DNA of 42,753 nucleotides from a bacterium. Its GTDB lineage: Bacteria; UBP15; UBA6099; JAJRTR01. The position numbers were made by a program, and so were the translations under genes. Below, piece after piece: positions 8,492 to 16,574 of the stretch. Positions within the stretch are counted from its first letter, which is position 1. Every line of letters starts with the position of its first letter. The stretch covers positions 1 to 42,753 of the forward strand of contig JAJRTR010000091.1 in the NCBI GenBank assembly GCA_024278215.1, in the 5' to 3' direction. A model generated the notes under the pieces. That model did not search any database. It saw nothing but the letters and a program-made list of their open reading frames with translations, and was not told where the DNA came from.

Positions 8492-10756
8492 ATGGAAAAG
8501 AAAATAGGATGTTATATTTGTACAGGTTGTGAAATCGGCGAGGCGATAAATGCCGAAGCCGCACTCGAGGAACTCTCGGCGCCGGTCAAGAAAACCCATG
8601 AAGCTTTATGCAGCCCGGAAGGGCTCGCAATGTTGAAGCAGGACATGGAAAGTGAAGGGGTTAACGCCCTCTGTATCGGCGCATGTTCGATGCGCGAGAA
8701 GACAGAAGTGTTCAATACCTTCGATCCCAAAAAGGTTATAGTCGAAAGAGTTAATCTCCGCGAGCATGTCGCCTGGTGCCAGAAGCCGGGGGATGAAGAC
8801 ACGCAGATGATGGTCAACGACTATATGATCATGGGGCTCACGAAGGTCGAGAAGAGCGACTTCCTCGAAGCCTACTCGCCGTCTGAAGAACAGCCCATCG
8901 ACAAGACTATAATTGTCGTCGGCGGCGGCGTCACGGGCCTCACGGCTGCTCTTGAAGCGGCGAAAGCAGGCTACTCGGTGGTTATTGTCGAGAAAGAAGC
9001 CGAACTCGGCGGTTTCCTCGGAAAAATGAACAAACAGTTCCCCAAGAGACCGCCCTACGCTGAACTTCAGGACACAAACATCGGTGACCTGATCGCAGAG
9101 GCTGAAGCCAACTCGAACATCAAGATTTATAAAAATGCCATATTCAACAAGGTCGAAAACGGGCCCTGCATCTATGAGATCAGCCTGAATGTAAATGGCA
9201 AAGAAGTCAACATACGCGGCGGCGCATTCATCATGGCCACCGGCTGGAAACCCTACGACCCCAACAATCTCGGACACCTCGGCTACGGGAACTGCTCGAA
9301 CGTAATTACAAACGTGATGATGGAGGAAATGGCGGCAAAGGGCAAGCTCGAACGCCCTTCCGACGGCCAGGAACCAAAAAGTGTGCTGTTCATCCAGTGC
9401 GCAGGCTCCCGCGACCCGGAACATCTGCCCTACTGCTCAGCGGTTTGCTGCCGTGTTTCGCTCAAACAGGCAAAATATGTCCGGGAAATGATCGGCGACT
9501 CGAAAGTCTACATTCTTTATAAGGATATTCGCTCACCGGGTCTCTACGAAGACTTTTACAAGAACATGCAACAGGACGAAGGTCTCTTCCTCACTAAAGG
9601 CGAGGTTGCCTCCGTCACGGAAGACGCCGACGGCAGTGTCGTCGTCGAGGCCGAAGACACCCTTGTCGGCAAGAATATCAAGTTGAAAGCCGATATGGTT
9701 GTACTGGCCACAGGCATGGTTCCCAACTCGGCCGATGGCGAAGCTATCCGCAAACTCACGGACGCTAAAGCTACCCTTAAGAAAGAAGACGCCGCTAAAC
9801 CACAGATCGAAGCAGCAGAGCAGGACCTCATTACATACAAAGATCATGAAGGTTCTCAAATCCTTAACCTGAACTACAGGCAGGGACCGGACCTACCGAT
9901 GCTCAAGTATGGAATGCCCGATTCGCACTTTATCTGTTTCCCTTATGAAACACGCAGAACCGGTATCTACGCGGCCGGCCCAATGCGCACACCAATGGAC
10001 ATCCAGGATTCGATGGACGATGCCGCAGGCGCCGCTATGAAGGCTATCCAGTGCGTGGAACTCACCTCGCAGGGCAAAGCTGTTCACCCGCGCGCGGGTG
10101 ACGAATCGTACCCGAGCTTCTTCCTACAGCGCTGCACACAGTGCAAACGTTGCACAGAAGAATGTCCCTTCGGCACGATCAATGAAGACGCCAAGGGCAC
10201 ACCGGAGATTTTCCCGACCCGGTGCAGGCGTTGCGGCATCTGCATGGGCGCTTGTCCCGAAAGAATCATTTCCTTTAAAAACTACAGCGTAGATATGATC
10301 GCCAGCGAGATCAAATCGCTGGAAATTCCTGACGAGGATGAAGAAAAACCCAGGGTGCTCGTGTTCATGTGCGAAAACGACGCATACCCGGCGCTGGATA
10401 TCGTCGGCAAGATGAGGTTGCAGTACAGCCCCTTCGTTCGCGTGATTCCTTTGCGCTGCCTGGGCTCTACAAACATCGTGTGGATCGCCGACTCTCTCTC
10501 GTCCGGCTTTGACGGCATCCTGCTCATTGGCTGCAAATACGGCGACGACTACCAGTGTCACTACGTCAAGGGCAGCGAACTTTGCAACACCAGGCTCGGC
10601 AACGTCAAGGAAACACTCGACAGACTCGCGCTCGAATCGGAACGCATCAGGTTCGAACAACTCGAATTCTCCGAATATGAAAAGATTCCGAAGATCATCG
10701 AGGAATTCATGGAGACAATTGATAGAGTCGGGCCGAACCCGTATAAGGATTTCTGA
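8492..10756 (+). CDS. qmoB: QmoB, HdrA-like plus ferredoxin plus MvhD-like domain
   Basis: GGGVTG, QCAGSRD..CSAVCC, CTQCKRCTEECP, CRRCGICMGACP, C-terminal GCKYGDDYQCHY. Confidence 0.95.
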   Translation: MEKKIGCYICTGCEIGEAINAEAALEELSAPVKKTHEALCSPEGLAMLKQDMESEGVNALCIGACSMREKTEVFNTFDPKKVIVERVNLREHVAWCQKPGDEDTQMMVNDYMIMGLTKVEKSDFLEAYSPSEEQPIDKTIIVVGGGVTGLTAALEAAKAGYSVVIVEKEAELGGFLGKMNKQFPKRPPYAELQDTNIGDLIAEAEANSNIKIYKNAIFNKVENGPCIYEISLNVNGKEVNIRGGAFIMATGWKPYDPNNLGHLGYGNCSNVITNVMMEEMAAKGKLERPSDGQEPKSVLFIQCAGSRDPEHLPYCSAVCCRVSLKQAKYVREMIGDSKVYILYKDIRSPGLYEDFYKNMQQDEGLFLTKGEVASVTEDADGSVVVEAEDTLVGKNIKLKADMVVLATGMVPNSADGEAIRKLTDAKATLKKEDAAKPQIEAAEQDLITYKDHEGSQILNLNYRQGPDLPMLKYGMPDSHFICFPYETRRTGIYAAGPMRTPMDIQDSMDDAAGAAMKAIQCVELTSQGKAVHPRAGDESYPSFFLQRCTQCKRCTEECPFGTINEDAKGTPEIFPTRCRRCGICMGACPERIISFKNYSVDMIASEIKSLEIPDEDEEKPRVLVFMCENDAYPALDIVGKMRLQYSPFVRVIPLRCLGSTNIVWIADSLSSGFDGILLIGCKYGDDYQCHYVKGSELCNTRLGNVKETLDRLALESERIRFEQLEFSEYEKIPKIIEEFMETIDRVGPNPYKDF

Positions 10757-10819
10757 TGCAGCTTGTTCAAGAACTATAGCCGGGCGGTTCAGCCGCTCCG
10801 CGCCAGGGAGGTATTTTAC

Positions 10820-12037
10820 ATGGCGAAAGCAAAATTCATAGAGCCGGACCTCGATTTTATTCATGAGATCAGCTCAGCGGAAATGCAGAAATGCTATCAG
10901 TGTTCAACATGCACGGTAGTGTGTCCCATTTCACCCGAAGTCAATCCATTTCCGCGCAAAGAAATGATCTGGGCGCAATGGGGACTTAAAGACAGGCTGC
11001 TGGCAGACCCCGACGTCTGGCTCTGCCACAATTGCAACGACTGTTCGGTGAACTGTCCGCGCGGTGCAAACCCGGGTGATCTTCTTGCCACTCTGCGAAA
11101 CTACTTCTACACAAAAAACGCATGGCCGGCTTTCCTCGGCAAAGCTGTCAACACGCCTTCCATGCTGCCCTTTATTATCGCTATCCCCGCAGTTCTGATT
11201 CTCCTGCTCGCCGCGATCAACGGAACACTCACGCCGCTGTTCCCGCTCGAAGACGGACATATAAGATACGGCGCAATGTTCCCGGGCATGACGCTCATCG
11301 ACCCGCTGTTCGTTTCCGCCACACTTTTCGTTATCATGTCTTTCAGCATCAGCATATCCAAACTATGGAGCGGCATGAACAACATGACGCCGCGAGTTCC
11401 TAATAAAGGGATGCCTCTGGTGCAGGCTATCATCGCGACAATACAGGAGATTCTCACACACTCGCGTTTCGACGAATGCGGACAGGCCAAAACACGATCT
11501 TCTGCACATAAGGCCCTCGTCTTCAGCTTCATTGCTCTTGCTATTGTCACAGGTGTTGTCGCAGGACTTGAATGGCTGGATATTCTGTTCGACATCAACC
11601 TGGTGAGCAGCGGCCACCATGTAACTCCATTGCCCTTTCTCAGTATCATCGGCGGTCCGCTCAAACTTCTCGCAAACGCAGGCGCGCTACTACTCATCTA
11701 TGGCGTTTATACCGCCATCATGAACAGGAAAAACGACCCCGAAGGCGAAACATTCGGCAAACAGACCTACCAGGACTGGTTCCTGCTCTACACGATTCTC
11801 ACAATCGCTCTCACAGGACTCGGCTCCGAACTCTTAAGGCTCGTAAACATCGCTCCCATCGCATATTCTGTATATTTCATACACCTGATTGCCGTGTTTA
11901 TGCTCATCGCGTATCTGCCGTTCTCGAAATTCGCGCATATCGTCTACAGGACAACCGCTATTATACACTCGAAACATGTCGGCAGATATGAAATGACTGC
12001 CGAAGACGTCAAAGGCAAAGAAGCGATAATGCTTTAA
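10820..12037 (+). CDS. qmoC: QmoC, HdrC-like FeS domain plus heme-b membrane domain
   Basis: CYQCSTCTVVCP and CHNCNDCSVNCP, several TM helices with His, PFSKFAHIVYRT; start moved to ATG 10820 after GGAGG. Confidence 0.93.
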   Translation: MAKAKFIEPDLDFIHEISSAEMQKCYQCSTCTVVCPISPEVNPFPRKEMIWAQWGLKDRLLADPDVWLCHNCNDCSVNCPRGANPGDLLATLRNYFYTKNAWPAFLGKAVNTPSMLPFIIAIPAVLILLLAAINGTLTPLFPLEDGHIRYGAMFPGMTLIDPLFVSATLFVIMSFSISISKLWSGMNNMTPRVPNKGMPLVQAIIATIQEILTHSRFDECGQAKTRSSAHKALVFSFIALAIVTGVVAGLEWLDILFDINLVSSGHHVTPLPFLSIIGGPLKLLANAGALLLIYGVYTAIMNRKNDPEGETFGKQTYQDWFLLYTILTIALTGLGSELLRLVNIAPIAYSVYFIHLIAVFMLIAYLPFSKFAHIVYRTTAIIHSKHVGRYEMTAEDVKGKEAIML

Positions 12038-12063
12038 GCAGTCGTCTTTTATTTAACAACATC

Positions 12064-12094
12064 AGGCTCCCGGTTTCGCGCCGGGAGCCTTTTT
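12064..12094 (+). terminator. intrinsic terminator ending the qmo operon
   Basis: AGGCTCCCGG-tttcgcg-CCGGGAGCCT-TTTT. Confidence 0.85.
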
Positions 12095-12287
12095 GAGTGG
12101 CTTTCAATAGGAACTGCTATGTGCTATAACGTGTACTGTTTTTTTTTCCGACTTTCAATGCCCGGCACGACACTATTCCTCATGAAGTATGGTTATCAGC
12201 AAAAGTTTTTTTTTATTTCTGAATCTTTTGGGAAACAACACTATCTATTTAAAACATTACGAAAGAGTGAAAGGAGAAACATAAGGA

Positions 12288-13943
12288 ATGGCAACAAAAC
12301 TTGTTATTATTGGAGGCGTGGCGGGAGGTGCCAGCGCGGCGGCGCGGGCAAGGAGAGTGGATGAAACTGCCGAGATTATCGTTCTCGACAGAGGTGAGCA
12401 TATTTCATTCGCCAACTGCGGGCTCCCATACTACATCGGCAATGTCATAAAAGAACGCGACGACCTGCTTGTGGCGACACCGGAGCTGTTCAAAAACAGA
12501 TTCAACGTCGAGATAAGAAATTTCAACGAAGTTACCGCTCTTGACCGTGGGAAAAAGGAACTGACCGTAAAGAACATCATTACCGGCGAAGAGTATAAGG
12601 AAACTTACGACAAACTTATAATTTCACCGGGCGCGGAACCCGTCCGGCCGCCGCTCGAGGGCATTGACCTCGACACAATATATGCCTTGCGAAACATACC
12701 TGATATGGACGCCATAAAAAAACATGTCGAGGAGTTGAAACCTGAAAAGGCAGTTGTAGTCGGCGGCGGGTTTATAGGGATCGAGATGGCTGAAAATCTC
12801 GAGTTTCGGGGTGTTGATGTCGCCATAGTCGAGATGCTCGACCAGGTAATGGCGCCTGTAGATTACGAAATGGCCGAATATGTTCATATTCACCTTAAAG
12901 AAAAAGGAATCGAGTTGCGACTCGGCGAGGCTGTCAAATCATTCAGGAAGGAAGACGGTCGCACCGTCGTCACGACATCCGGCGGCGACATAGCCTGCGA
13001 CATGGTGATCCTCTCGATAGGCGTCAGGCCTGAAAGCATTATCGCCAAAGAGGCGGGACTGGAAATCGGCGAGCGCGGCGGCATCAAGACCGACGAGTAC
13101 ATGAGAACATCCGATCCCGATATATTCGCGGTAGGCGACGCCGTGGAAGTCGTTGACTATGTGTCCGGCGGCCCTGCAATGATTCCCCTTGCGGGTCCCG
13201 CAAATAAGCAGGGGCGCATCGCTGCCGACAACGCGCTAGGCAGAAGCGAAAAGTATAACGGCACTCAGGGCACCAGCATCGTTCAGGTCTTCGATCTTGT
13301 TGTAGCCGCCACAGGCAACAGCGAGAAAGTGCTGAAACGCAACAACGCCGATTATCTCGTGTCATACACTCATTCCGGCTCGAACGCGGGATATTATCCC
13401 GGCTCAGAGATGATGCACATAAAGTTGCTTTTCGCGCCCGGCGCCGGCAAAGTGCTCGGCGCACAGATCGTCGGCCAGAAAGGTGTCGATAAAAGAATCG
13501 ATGTCCTCGCGACAGCCATCAGGGCCGGCATGACGGTCTACGACCTGACCGAACTCGAACTTGCCTACGCTCCACCATTCTCTTCGGCTAAAGACCCTGT
13601 GAATATCGCCGGCTATGTCGCGACAAATGTGCTTAAAGGTGACATGAAAATTGTTTCTCCTGCCGAACTCGACAACATGCAACTCGAAGATTATGTCATT
13701 ATTGATGTGAGGGATAAAGAAGAGGTGGCAGACAGCCGGCTTTTCTGCAACGCGGTAAATATTCCGGTGAACGATATTCGCAGCAAACTCGGCGAACTGG
13801 ATAAATCTAAAACTTATCTTACCTACTGCGGAATCGGCCTGCGTAGTTATATCGCGTACCGAATACTGGTTCAGAACGGATTCGACGCGGTCAACATCAG
13901 CGGCGGTTTTCAGACGATCAACACAGCATGTAAAAACAGGTGA
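12288..13943 (+). CDS. CoA-disulfide reductase / NADH-dependent persulfide reductase-like flavoprotein with C-terminal rhodanese domain
   Basis: GGVAGG, SFANCGLPY, GGGFIG, YAPPFS; rhodanese YCGIGLRS. Confidence 0.9.
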   Translation: MATKLVIIGGVAGGASAAARARRVDETAEIIVLDRGEHISFANCGLPYYIGNVIKERDDLLVATPELFKNRFNVEIRNFNEVTALDRGKKELTVKNIITGEEYKETYDKLIISPGAEPVRPPLEGIDLDTIYALRNIPDMDAIKKHVEELKPEKAVVVGGGFIGIEMAENLEFRGVDVAIVEMLDQVMAPVDYEMAEYVHIHLKEKGIELRLGEAVKSFRKEDGRTVVTTSGGDIACDMVILSIGVRPESIIAKEAGLEIGERGGIKTDEYMRTSDPDIFAVGDAVEVVDYVSGGPAMIPLAGPANKQGRIAADNALGRSEKYNGTQGTSIVQVFDLVVAATGNSEKVLKRNNADYLVSYTHSGSNAGYYPGSEMMHIKLLFAPGAGKVLGAQIVGQKGVDKRIDVLATAIRAGMTVYDLTELELAYAPPFSSAKDPVNIAGYVATNVLKGDMKIVSPAELDNMQLEDYVIIDVRDKEEVADSRLFCNAVNIPVNDIRSKLGELDKSKTYLTYCGIGLRSYIAYRILVQNGFDAVNISGGFQTINTACKNR

Positions 13944-14204
13944 TAGTACAGGTAAAGCATTATTGGACGGCCCCATTCATACCGATAGGGCCGTCTTTTC
14001 GTGTTGTTGATTTTCCGGATTTCTTTGTGAGAATCCGGGTTAACGAATTTTTGAGGTTTAAACAAAGGAAAATATCAAGAAGTGATAGTGTAAACTGTTT
14101 TTTGGTGTTACAGTGGGGCATGAAAATCAAAACAATAACAATATGGTATTGCAGAATTTGAAAGCTCACTTCGCAATAAAAGTGAGTTGTGAACGCGGGA
14201 AGGT

Positions 14205-14729
14205 TCAGTTTACTGCGGTGCGTGAATTGATGGGTGCTGCGTAGAGTATGTATTTTTCCCAGTCGTCGCGGTAGTTGATCTGTAGCGAGGGTATGAACTG
14301 AGGGGCGCGTGGTTTCTTGCGCAGCTTCATGCCGGCCATTTCAGGTGTGCGGTTGCCTTTTTTCGAGTTACATTTTTTGCAGGCGGCGACAAGATTTTCC
14401 CAGTATGATTCTCCGCCGAGCGATCTGGGCATAACATGATCTATTGTGAGGTCAGAAGGCTTTTTGACGAGTCCGCAGTACTGGCAGGTGTAGCGGTCGC
14501 GCATGAGAATGTTGTTTCTCGATACGGGGACGAGTATGCGGGGTTTGCGCACGTAGTGGCGCATGCGGATGACGGACGGCAGCCTGACTTCGATGCTGGG
14601 CGAGTGCACGGATATGTCGCCGGTTTCGAGCACTTCTGCTTTGCCGGCGAATATCAGGCAGAGCGCACGCTGCCACCGTGTGATGTTGAGAATTTCATAA
14701 CTTGCGTTGAGAACGAGAACATTGTTCAT
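14205..14729 (-). CDS. HNH endonuclease (McrA-like)
   Basis: VLVLNASY N-terminus, RDRYTCQYCG, TIDHVMPRSLGG, ACKKCNSKKG; start at ATG 14729 after GGAG. Confidence 0.92.
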   Translation of the reverse strand: MNNVLVLNASYEILNITRWQRALCLIFAGKAEVLETGDISVHSPSIEVRLPSVIRMRHYVRKPRILVPVSRNNILMRDRYTCQYCGLVKKPSDLTIDHVMPRSLGGESYWENLVAACKKCNSKKGNRTPEMAGMKLRKKPRAPQFIPSLQINYRDDWEKYILYAAPINSRTAVN

Positions 14730-14954
14730 GTCGGCTCCGTTTTGCATCGGATTTATAAAAACGCCGGGGTGCGCTTGTAAGGCGCGTCCCCGGGTTGTTT
14801 ATTTCATTAACAATGTAGTCTGCAACAAATTTATCAAAGTGTACTTATAACCTTACATTTATATGCCATAAGAAAAAGCGCTTCATCCGCATGGCACATG
14901 GGTTAACATTTTATCATCTTGAAACACTTACAATAAGATCAACAATTACAGCAA

Positions 14955-16253
14955 TCAGCCCATCTCACCGGACAGGTAAGCGTCGTATGCGCCCATGTCG
15001 AAGTGGCCGTGTCCGCTGAGCCCGATGAGGATGCTCTTGCTTTCGCCTGTTTCTTTGCATTTGAGAGCTTCCCTGACTGCGCCAAGTATGGCATGGGCCG
15101 ACTCGGGAGCGGGGATGAGGCCTTCGGCCCTTGCGAACATGACGGCTGTCTGGAACACTTCGAGCTGGTTGCAACTGTCTACCTCTATGACACCTTCTTT
15201 AACGAGCAGGCTGACGAGCGGTGCGGCACCGTGATAACGCAGGCCACCGGCATGAATGGGGGGAGGAACGAAGTCGCGTCCCAGGGTATACATCATAAGA
15301 AGCGGTGTGTAGCCTGCGATGTCGCCGTGGTCGTATTCGTAGTCGCCGGTGGTGAGTGTAGCGCAGGATTCAGGTTCGATGGCCAGCAGCTTTATGTTTT
15401 TTCCGTCCACCATTTTTTCTCTTGCAAATGGGAACGAAAGACCGGCGAAGTTGCTTCCGCCGCCGTGGCAGCCGACTACGATGTCGGGATAGTCGCCGAT
15501 CAGGGCGAACTGTTTGAGGCATTCCTCGCCTATGATCGACTGGTGCGTTACGACATGGTTGAGTACGCTGCCGAGCGCATATTTTGTATCTTCACGACCG
15601 ACGGCGTCTTCGATGGCTTCGCTGATGGCGATACCGAGGCTACCTGTGGAATCCGGGTGTTCTTTGAGAACGGCCCTGCCCGCGTTTGTGAGATTAGTCG
15701 GGCTGGGAACGACTTTGCCGCCCCATGTTTCGATCATTGATTTGCGGTATGGTTTCTGTTCGAAGCTGACTTTTACCATATAGACCATGCACTCGATGTC
15801 GAACAGGTTGCAGGCGAAGCTGAGTGCGCTGCCCCACTGCCCCGCGCCTGTTTCTGTGGCGATACGTTTCACGCCTTCCTTCTTGTTGTAGTAGGCCTGT
15901 GCTACAGCCGTGTTGGGCTTGTGGCTTCCGGGAGGGCTCACACCTTCGTATTTATAATAAATTTTGGCTGGTGTCTCGAGAGCTTTTTCGAGGTTGAGCG
16001 CCCTGCAGAGCGGAGAAGGCCGCCAGAGCATGAGCACATCCAGTACTTCCTCGGGTATGTCGATCCAGCGTTCGGTGCTCACCTCCTGCTCGATCAGGCC
16101 CATCGGGAATATCGGCGCAAGCGCGTCGGGTCCTATAGGTTCTTTTGTTTCCGGGTTCAGCGGCGGGTCCAGCGGTCGCGGAAGATCAGGTGCGATGTTG
16201 TACCACTTCTTCGGGATGTCCTTTTCGGGTAGTATGATTTTCCTTAATGCCAT
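14955..16253 (-). CDS. trpB2: TrpB2, tryptophan synthase beta-like PLP enzyme
   Basis: GSHKPNTA (PLP Lys), [24 protein letters not shown]; start at 16253 after AGGAGG. Confidence 0.93.
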   Translation of the reverse strand: MALRKIILPEKDIPKKWYNIAPDLPRPLDPPLNPETKEPIGPDALAPIFPMGLIEQEVSTERWIDIPEEVLDVLMLWRPSPLCRALNLEKALETPAKIYYKYEGVSPPGSHKPNTAVAQAYYNKKEGVKRIATETGAGQWGSALSFACNLFDIECMVYMVKVSFEQKPYRKSMIETWGGKVVPSPTNLTNAGRAVLKEHPDSTGSLGIAISEAIEDAVGREDTKYALGSVLNHVVTHQSIIGEECLKQFALIGDYPDIVVGCHGGGSNFAGLSFPFAREKMVDGKNIKLLAIEPESCATLTTGDYEYDHGDIAGYTPLLMMYTLGRDFVPPPIHAGGLRYHGAAPLVSLLVKEGVIEVDSCNQLEVFQTAVMFARAEGLIPAPESAHAILGAVREALKCKETGESKSILIGLSGHGHFDMGAYDAYLSGEMG

Positions 16254-16341
16254 TCTCTGCCTCCTCGTTTCTTTCCTTCCGGTTATCTCTTTCGGCAACG
16301 CAGGGTGTTGTGGAAATAATAAAAAGTCATGGCTCGGTCTG

Positions 16342-16569
16342 TTACGGCGCATTTTCCTGTTCCTGTGTTTTGCTCCGGGAGAATTCCGGGTATTTTTTCA
16401 ATATCATTTCGGTTCTTTGTGAAACTTCATCATCGGTCAGGCGACCGCCCTCGATCAGTTCCTGCAGGATGCCGCGTTCGTAGAGCAGGCTGACAATCGC
16501 TATCGAGCGGGCAAGATAATCGAAGCTTTCGCTGCCGTCGACAACCTGTTGTGCATCGGGTTCGGTCAT
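16342..16569 (-). CDS. hypothetical protein (75 aa)
   Basis: tightly packed, co-oriented ORF 5 nt downstream of the 16575-19199 gene. Confidence 0.65.
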   Translation of the reverse strand: MTEPDAQQVVDGSESFDYLARSIAIVSLLYERGILQELIEGGRLTDDEVSQRTEMILKKYPEFSRSKTQEQENAP

Positions 16570-16574
16570 TTACG

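Noticed and set aside
7238-12037. Selenocysteine read-through in HdrA/MvhD-like Qmo subunits
   Set aside because: ORFs are full length with Cys at the motif positions; TGA occurs only as a terminal stop.
1419-13976. Many long antisense or alternate-frame ORFs over sat, apr, qmo and the flavoprotein gene (e.g. 3918-4766, 6451-7377, 8606-9424)
   Set aside because: Shadows of codon-biased real genes; no RBS or recognisable motifs.
14205-14729. HNH gene as IscB/Cas9-like or part of a defence system
   Set aside because: Short stand-alone McrA-like HNH with no RuvC motifs and no adjacent array or methylase.
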